From the NCBI GenBank assembly GCA_002269645.1, contig NIVC01003664.1:1-64000 (forward strand): 64,000 nucleotides of DNA, read 5' to 3'. The notes beneath the pieces were generated by a model. The model was given only the letters and a program-made list of their open reading frames with translations. It made no database searches and was not told the origin of the DNA. This document shows positions 1 to 13,265 of the stretch, piece by piece. The translations under genes and the position numbers were made by a program. Position 1 is the stretch's first letter, and each line of letters starts with the position of its first letter. The stretch comes from Macrostomum lignano (lineage: Eukaryota).

Positions 1-275
1 TCCGGCCGCTCAAGGTTGATGTCTCTTCTCTTCTCTCCCTCTCTCTCTTTTCCCTCCTCTCTCACCTTCTCTCCCCCTCTCCTCTCTCCTCTCTCCTCTC
101 TCCTCTCTCTACTCTCTTCTCTCTAACCTCTCCCCTCCTCCCCTCCCCTCTCTCCACTCTCATGTCTCTACCCTCTCCTCTCTCCACTCTCCTCTTCTAT
201 TATCTTCTATCCTTTCTCTAATCTCTCTTCTCTCTTCTCTCATCTCTCATCTTCCATCCCATCTTCTTTCCACTC
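1..275. repeat. CT-rich low-complexity tract
   Basis: Almost pure C/T irregular repeat (ctctc/ctcct). Confidence 0.9.
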
Positions 276-421
276 TCATTGAGGCAAAACAGTTTGCTGA
301 CCCCTGGTGTAGTATTTCCAAATTTTGACTGAATTTACCTTTTGAACTAAAGTTGAACAAACATATTTGTTAGTGCAGATGTAATCAAAGTAAGGTTTTT
401 AGACACAGTTGGCGACCTCAC

Positions 422-3400
422 CGCAGGATTCGATAGCGCAAGTCTCAAAGTGAATTTCACTGTCTTCCTCGTTAACATAGAAACATCCGGGAACCAACGA
501 CGAGATTAGTGTGCTTCGCTGGGTTGATGGGGAGTTTTTGAATTTGTAGCTCGTACAGGAATCCAAGCTGGATAATAATTATCACAGGTATTTCATTGAA
601 AAAAATTAGCTGGGCAGCTTACCTGGAGCCAACCCGGTTCGTGCCAGTCTCATCGTAGTAAGTGGCATCGTACAGGACGTGGGCCGCTCTGCAGTAGTTC
701 GTGCGATTGCTTATCGCGTAGTCAGTCGTCAAGATGATCATCTGATCGATTGAGTAGTCTGGGCAAAATATGACAATTTTAGTTGTATTGATGATTGATA
801 AATTTTTATATTGGTTTTTTGACAACGGCACTGAAAAACTCACATCGGAATGGAAAATTCCAAGAAATCAAATCTGAGTTTGCCAGGCTAAGCGTCCGCT
901 TGGCTATGGCAGTCTTCACGTCGTCCCACACCATGCACTCCCGACCGGAGTTGGTATAATTCAGGTTGCCTGTGTACTTTGCTGACTGCTTCTCCGCGAC
1001 GTCGCCGGAGCTGCGCACCACGCAGTCGTAGGTTCCCGAGGCGGCTGCGGATGAAGCAATGAGAAAGTTAAATTTGCAGATAGGCGAAAGCATATGAGCG
1101 AAACTTGTTTTTAGTCTGAAGGACCTTAGCAACTGGGATGATTTTTTTTATTAGAGGCCGGGGGTTGTGTGCACCCTGGCGCACTTTAAGCGACATCAAC
1201 ACACAACCGGCGAGAGGCATTACTGCCCATTCCGCCGACTCCCCTGAGCAGGCACACAAGCGCGCGGATACGTACGCAGGCCCACACTCACACAGGAGTG
1301 TACAGCGGCCCTAACTTTATTTATCGTTAGGCATGTACACTTCACTGTGCCTTGGGGGGTTGGCCCTCGAGGCCGTTAATGCACGAGCAGAGCCAAGCTG
1401 AGATTCCAATTTAGTCCCAGATTATTGTGACTGCACTTGGAATCGAGCCTGGGCCGCTGGCACACGAGAGCAGCTGCGCCAGACCACTGGACTACGGCCC
1501 CTCATTAGAGCAAGCTCAGATAACGCAATGCCGCATACAGCAGAACGGGATGTTGCAGTAGGACAGCGCCAGTCCATTGTGCGTATCATTGTAGTAGAAA
1601 CAGTACGGCCCAATCAGATAGTCGGCCAGGAAGCCTCCGTAGGACGCGAATACAGGCAAGTCGGCTGAAAAAAGAAAGTCAATTATGATTAAAGTAGAGC
1701 AGGGCCAGGGAAACTTTGTTTCTTAGATAATATAAGCAAAAATTATACGACAGTAGTAGATACGTAATACAGCTTCATTGATTTGGGAACTTTATTTATG
1801 GAATAGAATTTAGGAAGAATGGAATTAGCAGGCACTGTAGAGTTGGTAGAGGTCCCTCCTGTGCCTTCCTTCCTGTGCCTTCCCTCCTGTGCCTTCCCTC
1901 CTGTGCCTTCCCTCCTGTGCCTTCCCTCCTGTGCCTTCCCTCCTGTGCCTTCCCTCCTGTGCCTTCCCTCCTGTGCCTTCCCTCCTGTGCCTTCCCTCCT
2001 GTGCCTTCCCTCCTGTGCCTTCCCTCCTGTGCCTTCTCTCATGTGCCTTACCTCCTGTGCCTTCCCTCCTGTGCCTTCCCTCATGTGCCTTCTCTCAGTG
2101 CCTTACCTCCTGTGCCTTCCCTCCTGTGCCTTCCGTTCTTGCCCTTAACTTAGGCACCGTGCCGAAATGAAGGGCTCGAGAAAGAGTCTACAGAGGCGAG
2201 AGATTATGCAACCGCGCCGCTTTTAATATGCAAGACAAGGCTCCCTCACCCGTGGGCCGGATCTGCTTCACGCTCATGTACAAGCCGTCTCCTCCGCAGG
2301 TTTCATCCGCATCCGCGGCCTGTCCGGGACACGAGTACTTGCAGTTACTCGAGTCTGCCGTGTTACCAGGCACAATTCTGTTACTGCAGAAGCAATCATA
2401 GTACTGCAACCCGTAGTACTTGAAGTTGTTTTTGAAGCAGCATTCGGTGCACTTTTCGACGTTCATAGTGGGAATCTGGCCGCCGAAGCAGCTCACAAAA
2501 AGTCTGTCCGATGCGCTGTCCTGATAGCAGATTGGATCCTTGTCTAGGTTGATCAGGTAGGCTGAAATTCATTCGATCAGATATAAGCGTGTTATAGCAG
2601 TGAATAGAAGTAAACCAACTCCAGTAAGAAACGCTATTATGGATACGAAACAAGCGCATTTCATTTTTGCGCTGGTCTTCAACAGTGTACGAAACACCGG
2701 ATGGCCAAGAGTTCACAACAACTGCATTGAAATGTAAACCTACGCCTTCGGCGACATCATCCCACAACCAGCACTTTGGCAGTCTCTCATACGAGCTACA
2801 CACGCTCACACAGGGTGTACAGCGGGCTTCTGACTTTTCAACCGTCAGGCAGGTACGCTCTCTGTGCCTTGGGGGTTGGCCCTGACGGCTGTGAATCGCA
2901 TGAAAACCCGCCGGCCAATTTTCGTGCACAAGTACCAAATAAATTTGTTTGCGCACGGGAATCGAACCAGGGGTCGTGGCGCGAGAGTTAGACACAATTT
3001 TCGCTGAGTAACTCCGCTCTATTGCGCTGCTTTTAATAGCATATTTTACCAATTCTGGCTCTGGTTAGTACAAGAAAATAACATTTCATAACCTGAAACT
3101 TTCGTATCTGGGAAATGAATTTCATAAAGAAAAAACCGTCAATACTTTGAGTGAGCGAGCGTTCCTGGCATGAGCAGACAGCCCCAGAAACTCACTGGTG
3201 AAATTGTCGAATTCCTCCAGCGGCAGGCCAGGTGGAGTCCGGCACCTGGCGTCATTATTTGAGAAATTATAGGACAGAATCTTGTCCGACATGTTCTTGA
3301 GGCCGGCCTCTGCAAGCAGACGGGCGGCCTCGTTCCATGGCATGCAGGGCAGCTCCGTGACGTAGTTCGGCTGCGTCAGATTGCTTGGTGGCAGTGTCAG

Positions 3401-5612
3401 CCTCAGGCTGTTGCCGAACACGGGCACCGAGCTCTTGTCTGTCGGTGTATTCGGTTCCGTCCAGGGTAAAGCGACACTCGCTGGTGTTTCCCGCTGAAAG
3501 AAAAACGTGGGAAATTATGGTGTAGTAGTAGCTTTTCTCCTGCACTTCTTTCCTTCTTTGTAGTGTACCGGCATTCTTGCATTGTAATGAATAGAATGAA
3601 GTGCATGGGATGATTCCTGAATTAATTAGGAGAAAGCACTTTTAAAATTCGAAGCATTCTAATTGCTTCAAATGAATGCACCGTCATGCATCTAGCTTAA
3701 ATATTGATTTTACAGCAACAGCAACAAGAGACGCAACCCAGAGAAGCAAAGTCAAGCGGCCAGGGTGCGTCAGACGGCGTCGCAAAGCAGGCAGTCTCCG
3801 CGTATCGACGGGTTCGGGCCTGGCCCCGCCTAAATGGGCCCTGGAAGGGGAGCAATAGAATGTAGAGGCTGGGGGCAGCAGCAGGATCACGTGACCCGCC
3901 AGTCATCGCCCGCGCAGGATGTTGGGACGGGCGTCGAGAAATACCTTGAGTTACGGCACTTACAGACCCATCCGCACCCTCTGCAAACTAAAGAACTCGT
4001 TTTCACTATCAAGATTCAACTAGTGCCTTGTTAGTTGGCTACGTATTTTGCTAGGAGGGCTTTGAACACTGCCTCCCATTCCACTGACCTAGAGCATGCC
4101 CACGCACACGGATACGTAAACGATTTTCACATCACCAGGCAATGAACAAAAAGTCGCAGGTCAAGACTCAATTTCTGTGCATTTTGTGTCTCAAATAATT
4201 GCGAACCCTTACTGAGTGTGCTACTGGTCTTAAACAATGCATCTTATTAACACTTTAGTCTTAACCAGGGGATTCGTTACCGGGGGGGGGGACATTACAA
4301 TATCTTGTCCCCCCGTCCCACCTTGTGAACCGTTATCTGAAATCAGTAAGTTTGCGTTCAAAGCGCCAAAATTAGTGCTAAAAACGCCATGTAATTCCCC
4401 CCACCTGTGCCTCGAGTATTTATAACTCAAACATTAACTTGTCCCTCAGAATGAGTTTCCTCACCGATGCCTTTGTTGTTGAGCTTGGGCATCAGAGCAG
4501 CTTCCACAGAATACACCATTCTAGCGAATGCGTACATTGGCGTGCTCAGGTAGACGTCGGATTCCTTGAAGTAGCTCAGCCTGGCCTGGCAGGTGGTGTT
4601 GCAGTCTTTCTTCAGTCCGCGCAACTTCGGCATGTCATCCTTGAGCTTGAATGGTTCGTAGGCCTTACTCATCGCGATCGGATTCTTCGGGCAGATGTAC
4701 ACATCCGGGAACTCGTACGGCAGCGAGGTGGCCAGGCTTGTGAGCAAACGGCGTGCTGGTGAATCTGTGAGTAGATTGGAATTCAGCCGAATGAAATCGG
4801 ACGCACGGGCTACTTGATATTTGTTTAACTGAACAAACGGTTAAAGCAATCTTGATATTATCTACATCGTCAACGGATTTGTTTAACTGATCAAACGGAT
4901 AAGTGGATGACTCATCGTCAATGCTTCTTAGTTGATATTTGTTTAATGAAGTTGTTTATGTTGAATAATGTACTAATGACGTTTGTATATCGTATAAATT
5001 TCTTTCAATCCAAAGCTAAAACTGAGGGCTATGGGCACCCTGACGCATCGCTCTCAGCGAAATTGTCCCACAGCCAGCGGCAATTCTGCCTTTTCTGCTG
5101 ACTCCTGAGCACATGCAAGCCCGCCAATACTGTACGTAGGAATGAACTCATACACGATCTCTTCAGGGTGTACAGCAGCCTTAATCTTCTAATCGTCAGG
5201 CATTAGAAGATTATCTGTACACTCTCTGTGCCTTGGGGGAATTGCACGACAACCCGCTCGCCTCCCCGCTGAGTCTTCAGACCGCCCTGCAGCTATATAA
5301 GTCAGGTAAGACAAGTCAACTCTGGGCTGGCCCTCAAGGCTGTGAACCCTTCGGCCAATTTTCATTGCCCCAAATGAATTCACCTGTCAATCAAGGTGAA
5401 CAGGTGGTAAGCGAAGCCGCCATAAGTGCCGAGCAGAAAGGCGATCCAGATTGTGCGGCCAAAGGCCGTCGACTGGGCGGCGAAGCGTCCCAGGCCGTGG
5501 CGGTGGTGTACTGGGCGAATTCGCGGAACGAATTGGCGATGCCGAAGCCGCCAGCCTCTGCTTCTGCTGTACCGCTTGCGTCTGCGGCGCTCTGCTTCTC
5601 AGTGTCTGCCAT
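422..5612 (-). CDS. DEG/ENaC (amiloride-sensitive sodium channel family) protein with kringle-like(WSC-inserted) + kringle-like ectodomain modules; 3' end off-window; 3 frameshifts (pseudogene or assembly error)
   Basis: Hand-spliced exons with GT-AG ends and consistent phases: 5612-5384, 4764-4465, 3493-3196, 2561-2250, 1664-1539, 1044-844, 758-623, 567-422 (possible mini-exon 328-302). Restoring one G at 5499-5500 gives FREFAQYTTAHGLGRF..RTIWIAFLLGTYGGFAYHLF (the ENaC pre-TM1 HG motif + TM1). Exon 2 gives FTSTP..LPYEFPDVYICPKNP (the FPxVTxCxxNP motif). Kringle motifs: YTGNLNYTNSGRECMVW, NYCR, PGCFY..ETCAIESC and GPYCFY..SYCNIPFC. WSC: CYQD..TMNVEKCTECC..YYGLQYYDCFCSN..CKYSCPG..CGG. Confidence 0.85.
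1160..1418. mobile_element. MITE/foldback family copy (intronic)
   Basis: Its end (ccgttaatgcacgagcagagccaagctgagattccaatttagtccc) is the reverse complement of 36518-36570. It shares the gtgtacagc..tgtacac..ctgtgccttggggggttggccct core. Confidence 0.75.
1850..2135. repeat. 14-bp minisatellite (CCTGTGCCTTCCCT)n, ~20 copies
   Basis: Directly visible tandem unit in an intron of the channel gene. Confidence 0.95.
2250..2561 (-). CDS. WSC-domain exon (symmetric phase 1-1) of the DEG/ENaC-like gene
   Basis: 312 nt, acceptor tttcag, donor GTGAGG; WSC cysteine pattern C..C..CC..YYGLQ..C.C..C...C.G....CGG. Confidence 0.85.
2745..2935. mobile_element. partial MITE/foldback family copy
   Basis: ccttcggcgacatc..cacaaccagc and cagggtgtacagc..ctctctgtgccttgggggttggccct match 36660-36840. 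Confidence 0.65.
5025..5370. mobile_element. diverged MITE/foldback family copy
   Basis: cgccaatactg..ctcatacacgatc..cagggtgtaca..gtacactctctgtgccttggggg..aattgcacgacaaccc match the 36.7-36.8 kb copy. Confidence 0.65.
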
Positions 5613-5635
5613 GCCTGCTGATTGAGGGGAAATGC

Positions 5636-6686
<1,051 letters not shown>

Positions 6687-7683
6687 CATTTGTGATTCTA
6701 ATTAGTGCTCGAGAGCACACTATACTGTTTATTTGAGCAGAATGGATCAAATTCATTAGGTATTGACAGGTGTGTCACTTCTGTTACCTCTGATGTGTCT
6801 GTTGGGTTTCAGTTTGATGAATGACAGCTGAAAATGATTCCCCAGCTATGCAACTCGTTAGAAACTGTGAGTCGCAATTAAAACTTTTCAGCAATTAATA
6901 TCCACTTATTCCGAAAAAATGGAAAACCTCGTGGTTGAATTTTTGGATGAGGCCAGAATAGGATGAGGGCACCTGTTATGCTGTTTGTAGGGGTTTAGTA
7001 TTCTTACAAATTTATGAAGACATTGTAAGGTTCATAAAGGAGCACCAGTACAGTGGTGCTTAGAGAGACGATGCCAGATGAGAAGTTCTAAAGTGCCTAG
7101 AGAATGGGCCTAAAGTACACAGAAGATGTGTCGTGAGGTGTGCAGAAGATTTGAGGTGTCGTGACATAAGTATGTAGGAAGGAATGAAGTTAGCAAAGGT
7201 ATTCTAGCAAGTGTTGAAACAAGCTCACCTATTGCAGCAGGGGAGCCACTTTGCCAAAATTCCGGTGGGCAAAAGATCCATCATCTCTTCCTCGCAGCTT
7301 CCTTTTATCAACGTGTGGGACAGCGAGTGCTTGGATAGGGCGATTCAATTAACAATTGCAGCTGGAATAATCCGCTTGGCTCCACCCAGAGACTGGAACT
7401 CTGTTTAGGCAGTGGGGGGAGGGCATACCTGCAGCAGGTTGTTTTGACAATTGATGAGCTCCAGTCTAAACCCCGCTCAGGGAACACAGGAGATATGGAA
7501 GTGACAACTCAACCCACCCCCCACAAAATGGGACCCAGTCGAACCAACCCGGGACAATTTGTTTAAAAGATTACTTGGCTTGCTTAATTTCCAAAAACTG
7601 CAGTACCGATAAATAGTCTCGTTTTGAAGCTGAAGAAATTCTTCATTGGAATATGAGCAGAAGTTCAGTGTGTATGTGCTAGA

Positions 7684-8070
7684 CCCTTGGTGCTGGCGCC
7701 CCTTGGTGCTGGCGCCCCTTGGTGCTGGCGCCCCTTGGTGCTGGCGCCCCTTGGTGCTGGCGCCCCTTGGTGCTGGCGCCCCTTGGTGCTGGCGCCCCTT
7801 GGTGCTGGCGCCCCTTGGTGCTGGCGCCCTTGGTGCTGGCGCCCCTTGGTGCTGGCGCCCCTTGGTGCTGGCGCCCCTTGATGCTGGCGCCCCTTGGTGC
7901 TGGCGCCCCTTGGTGCTGGCGCCCCTTGGTGCTGGCGCCCCTTGATGCTGGCGCCCCTTGGTGCTGGCGCCCCTTGGTGCTGGCGCCCCTTGGTGCTGGC
8001 GCCCCTTGGTGCTGGCGCCCCTTGGTGCTGGCGCCCCTTGGCGCTGGCCCCCCTTGGCGCTGGCCCTTCT
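7684..8070. repeat. 16-bp minisatellite (CCCTTGGTGCTGGCGC)n, ~23 copies
   Basis: Direct tandem unit. Confidence 0.95.
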
Positions 8071-8577
8071 TGGTGCTCCTCCTGCCTTTCTTGACTTCTG
8101 CGCACGTTAACTCTTAACTCTACACGTTAAGACAAGACACTAGACGCTAGGTTGCTAGCGAATAATGTTTTAGTATTCCTTTCTGAAACGCTCCGCACTC
8201 CTCACAAGTAGACGTCAGCGAATATTGCGCTCCATTTGTCCGACAGACCAGTTATCTCTCTCTCTCTTTTGCATTTTTTATCCAATCCTCTTCAGTCTAG
8301 AAATTCAAATTTAAAACGCAATAAAATTCTTGATGCATTATATTTCAGTTAGCTCTCGAGTCTTGCAGAAAGTATACTGTACGCTGCAACAAACGGCGAC
8401 ATAGTGAACAAAATACAATTACAGCTTCCAGCATGAGTACTGACAGTACTGAACAGGGTGATGCGTTACAAAGTTTGTTATAATTAAATACACAAATTAC
8501 TTCAAGTAAACAACTCCAAGTTTCAAATTGTGATGCAAACGGTCTTCTGAATCATTAATAATATAGGTCACTAAAGT

Positions 8578-8830
8578 CATCAACCATCGTGTCATTTTGG
8601 GTCATCAACCATCGGGTCATTTTGGGTGATCAACCATCGGGTCATTTTGGGTGATCAACCATCGGGTCATTTTGGGTGATCAACCATCGGGTCATTTTGG
8701 GTGATCAACCATCGTGTCATTTTGAGTTATCAGCCATCGGGTCATTTTGGGTGATCAACCATCGGGTCATTTTGGGTGATCAACCATCGTGTCATTTTGA
8801 GTTATCAGCCATCAGGTCATTTGGGCCATC
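8578..8830. repeat. 25-bp minisatellite (TCAACCATCGGGTCATTTTGGGTGA)n, ~10 copies
   Basis: Direct tandem unit with variants. Confidence 0.9.
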
Positions 8831-9199
8831 AACTGTTGGGCCTCTTGTACAAGCGTTACACATCAACATTGATTTGATTTGACAAAAAAATATATCAAAA
8901 GTGCACTGAATACAAAAATATAACATTTACTTAATAACCTAAACACTGAATTGGTCTACTTTTTTTCCAAAAAGTACTTTAAGATGCACTGAAATTACAG
9001 ACAGACATGCGACAGTTTTTCAATTATCCTAACGAGACTACTTGCAACATAGTAGTGAGTAATAGCAAATATTGATGAATACTAAATAAAGTACGCAACA
9101 AGAACTGTCTAGGCGCATGGATAACAACCTACTTACCTATCTACGTGCCTAGGTAAGCCTATCAGCCGGGATTGCTGAAAACTGTTTTAAAGGACTTGG

Positions 9200-9690
9200 A
9201 GGATAAAAGGACTGTGCTAAAAATAGAACGGTTTTTGGGCTAGGCTAAAGTTAAAACGGAGTCGCATGTGAACTTATTGGCTGATACCGATTGGCTGGAG
9301 GGACTGGGCTTAAAATAGAACTGTTTATTGGGCTAGTCTAAAGTTATAACTGGGTCGCATGTGAACTTATTGACTGATACCGATTGGCTGGAGGGACTGG
9401 GCTAAAAATAGAACTGTTTATTGGCTAGGCTAAAGTTAGAACTGGGTCGCATGTGAACTTATTGGCTGATACCGATTGGCTGGAGGGACTGGGCTTAAAA
9501 TAGAACTGTTTATTGGGCTAGGCTAAAGTTATAACTGGGTCGCGTGTGAACTTATTGGCTTATACCGATTGGCTGGAGGGACTGGGATAAAAATAAAACT
9601 ATTTATTGGGCTAGGCTAGGCTAAAGTCAGAACTGGGTCGCATGTGAACTTATTGGCTGAAGGGTCTGGACTAAAAGTAGAACGGTTAAT
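9200..9690. repeat. ~93-bp tandem repeat, ~5 copies, two ATTGG (CCAAT) motifs per unit
   Basis: gcatgtgaac recurs at 9264, 9357 and 9449. Confidence 0.85.
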
Positions 9691-9726
9691 TAAGTGGACT
9701 AGGTTCAGAATAGAAGAGATCCATAC

Positions 9727-9732
9727 TTTATT
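9727..9732 (-). terminator. putative polyadenylation signal (AATAAA) of the protocadherin
   Basis: TTTATT on the plus strand, ~260 nt downstream of the predicted stop at 9994. Confidence 0.4.
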
Positions 9733-9993
9733 ATGAATACATAAATATACATATAAATAGCGCTGTTTGGTTATTTAGTGTGTGTGTACTAACCAGATAC
9801 AGAACAGAACAGAGTACTAGTAAATCGCAAAGCCTAGTTTTGTTCATCTATAAAAGTACATTTACACGTGCATGTACACTTGAGAACTACGAATCATTTT
9901 GAAGGTGAGAATATAATGATCAGGATGACTCAGAAAGATTACTGGACCATCAATTTCGGGGAGGGGGGCAATTTTTGGACGGGACTCGGGAGT

Positions 9994-10224
9994 CTAGATT
10001 GCACTGGCCGAGGGCGCGGTCCGGTCGGGCCGCAGCAGGTAGGCGTGATGCGGGTGACCGCTCCTCGGCAGAGTCAACGGCCCAACAAACGTGCCGATGC
10101 TGTTGGGCACCTTCACGTCTTCGATTGAGCCGCCGCGCCCGGAGTCGTCCACGCTGGCTTCCTCGGACAGTCGGCGCTCATGGTGCTGCGCACCGTCTGT
10201 CTGGCCGGTGAGAATCAGGCCGGG
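9994..10224 (-). CDS. putative last coding exon of the protocadherin (cytoplasmic tail, DDSGRGGS motif)
   Basis: Acceptor aattttag, phase 0, 77 codons PGLILTGQ..SVDDSGRGGSIEDVKVP..SAI*. GC-rich coding composition. The link to the protocadherin is inferred from phase and strand. Confidence 0.6.
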   Translation of the reverse strand, partial: PGLILTGQTDGAQHHERRLSEEASVDDSGRGGSIEDVKVPNSIGTFVGPLTLPRSGHPHHAYLLRPDRTAPSASAI

Positions 10225-11875
10225 CTAAAATTAGAGCAGAGTGATGTGGCTGGTTTTTTGCTAACAAACACAAGCTAAAAATAGAACAATTACGAGCTAT
10301 AATGTAAACAAAGGGCGGAGTGATCGGGTGACTGTCCTGATTTCTGATTGGCTGATAGAAATCAGCTAAAATAGGAATGACTTTTAGAGATCACTTGGAG
10401 TGAGGTGGGTGTTTTTCTAGCTACACAAAATGCCGCTAGCCTAAAATAGTCTGGAGGGAGAGGTGGGCGCTTTTCAGCGATTGCCAATTAATTGGCTGAG
10501 AGAAATAAGAATGAACTAAAAATAGACTGAATGATAGTGTGGCGGATAGAAAGTGTCCGGAGTGGGGTGGGTGGTCGTTCTCTGTTGCGGATTGGCTGAG
10601 AAAACGAAGCTAAAAATTCAATGACTTTTATGGCAGAAATACATATGAAGAGCTCGGGTAACTGACGCATCCAGGGGTCAAGGGGTCAGCTTATCCCTCG
10701 GAAAAAAATCCGCGATCCACCACTGGTAAAAGTGGGTAAAGTTGCTTGTGCGCTGCAAGTTAAAATCTAAACTGGGTGACTGTTGCATTTTCTTATTTCA
10801 ATTCTTTATCATCCATCGGACTGAGGCTAAAACATGCCAAGAATCTTCGCTCAACGCATTTCGTTATTGGAAAGAGAAAAGAGAAAGAAAGCAAGCGAAT
10901 TTCTCCGATCAAAGCAGACCGATACAGGCTTGTTGTTAGTTACGCAGCGACAAAAAAACAGAAAGCAGATTTCAGGGAAAGATATACCGTACGAGAAGAC
11001 AAAAAAGGAACGGAAACAGAAAAAAGTCGCTGGTGATAATAATAGTAATGACCTAAAGAAGCTTGCACTGAAACGAAGTGGCCATTAGCAGTTTTGACAT
11101 TGTGTTTCCGCGCGTTGCGACGCGTGTTCCGTTCGGTTAAAAGCGAAAAGCAGCAGAAAAGCCGCAAGGCACAAAAAAACTGAAAACTTTCTTTATCACC
11201 GGCTACAGATCTGGGTGGGATGAAAAGAGGCGGGAAGCTTATTGGGATAATGGCAATGGGAAGAGGATTGGCAAAGAGTTATGCAACAGTTTGTCTGGCG
11301 CTAATAAGCTGCCAAGCACACTCGCCAGCAGTCCAGTGGAAGCATGATAGCCATGGGATCCGGAGAGATGAGGGACTGAGAAACTGTGCCAGTCTAGGCT
11401 TTCCTAGTATAGTTGGCAAGGGAAATACTAATGTCATTTGGGAATTTTCGATGCAGGCGCGCTTTGGTTCGAGTCTGACTGGCTTGCAGCAGAAATTCCC
11501 ATTGAGTTATCCGACAGATAATATGAATAGAAGGCACCAGAGCCGCTCGATTCCTGCTAATTACAATAATATCCTGTTGGTGACTTGGTTGGCTCGCCCC
11601 AGAACTGCGACCTGACAAGTTTAATAATAACTGCTGCACAGGATTAGCCAAGTGGCTCAGCTTTTCATTTCCCGTGCGGGGCAACTGGAGGCCACAGCTG
11701 GCCAAGGTGTGCGCTGATCAGCTTTGATTAAAAGTGTGAATTGCTCACTTGTTTCTGCGATTGTCGGTGGGGGGGGGGCACAGCCAAAATCTGGTTTCCA
11801 TTGTCTGCTGGGGATCGTCTTTGACCTCGGCTGGGATTGCCTTGTTTCAGTGTCCTCGACAGCAAACTTGACACT

Positions 11876-12166
<291 letters not shown>

Positions 12167-12734
12167 TGGCAATCTCAAAAGTTCCTAAAACAGTTTCGAA
12201 TCTCCACCAAGTTTCAAGCTTCAACTACAAATTTTCACAATTTCCCGGAGAGCGACTGCTCTCATAGTGCGACTTCCCCTCTCCGCCTCTCGCTCGCGTG
12301 TTTGCAGTGGGACAACAACTCTCGCTAATATCCCAGGGAAGTTATTCGACTGAATAGAGACAGCCCTACCGTATAGGCATGAGAATGAGAAGCATGAGTG
12401 ATGAAGAAGTTTTCCTATGAGGAGAGAGAGAGAAAGAGAGAAGTCGCGGGAGACAAACAAGAGCAGGGGGTCAGGTGGGTGGCGGGCGGTTGAATCAGCT
12501 GAGAGCGGGCACAGGTGAAGTTTGAAATTGGAGAATGATAGATTAGATACTGGGCTGGGTATTTATAAGTTAAGCCTTTCAATTCTGTGATACTCGGCTT
12601 CATCGTGCCACGAGGTGCAGCGCCACTGTCTTGCGATGCCCAAGGACGCGAGTAACAGAAGTCTCGCCTATCCTTTCTAACTGAGACGGGGGTTGTAGGG
12701 CCAGATACAGGACCTAGCACAGGACTGCGGGTCA

Positions 12735-13265
12735 GAGGGGAGAGAGGAGAGGGAAGAGAGAAGAGAGAAGGAAGGAGAAGAGAGGGGAGACGAGAAGAGA
12801 GGAGAGACGAGAAGAGAGGAGAGGAGAGACGAGAAGAGAGGAGAGACGAGAAGAGAGGAGAGACGAGAAGAGAGGGGAGACGAGAAGAGAGAGGATAGAC
12901 GAGAAGAGAGGAGAGACGAGAAGAGAGGGGAGACGAGAAGAGAGGGGAGACGAGAAGAGAGGAGAGAAGAGAAGAGAGGGGAGACGAGAAGAGAGGAGAG
13001 ACGAGAAGAGAGAGGAGAGACGAGAAGAGAGGAGAGACGAGAAGAGAGGGGAGACGAGAAGAGAGAGGAGAGACGAGAAGAGAGGAGAGACGAGAAGAGA
13101 GGAGAGACGAGAAGAGAGGAGAGGAGAGACGAGAAGAGAGGAGAGACGAGAAGAGAGGAGAGACGAGAAAAGAGGAGAGAAGAGAAGAGAGGAGAGAAGA
13201 GAAGAGAGGAGAGAAGAGAAGAGAGGAGAGACGAGAAGAGAGGAGAGACGAGAAGAGAGGAGATT
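12735..13265. repeat. AG-rich minisatellite (~GAGGAGAGACGAGAAGA variants)
   Basis: Direct purine-rich tandem units. Confidence 0.9.

Noticed and set aside
3684-3890. Minus ORF with a hydrophobic stretch resembling a TM1
   Set aside because: The true TM1 is in exon 5612-5384; the flanking exons splice in phase without this ORF, and it has no family motif.
6950-7600. Possible decayed retroelement coding fragment
   Set aside because: Stops in all frames and no RT, RNase H or endonuclease motif I can recognise; needs a Dfam or tBLASTx search.
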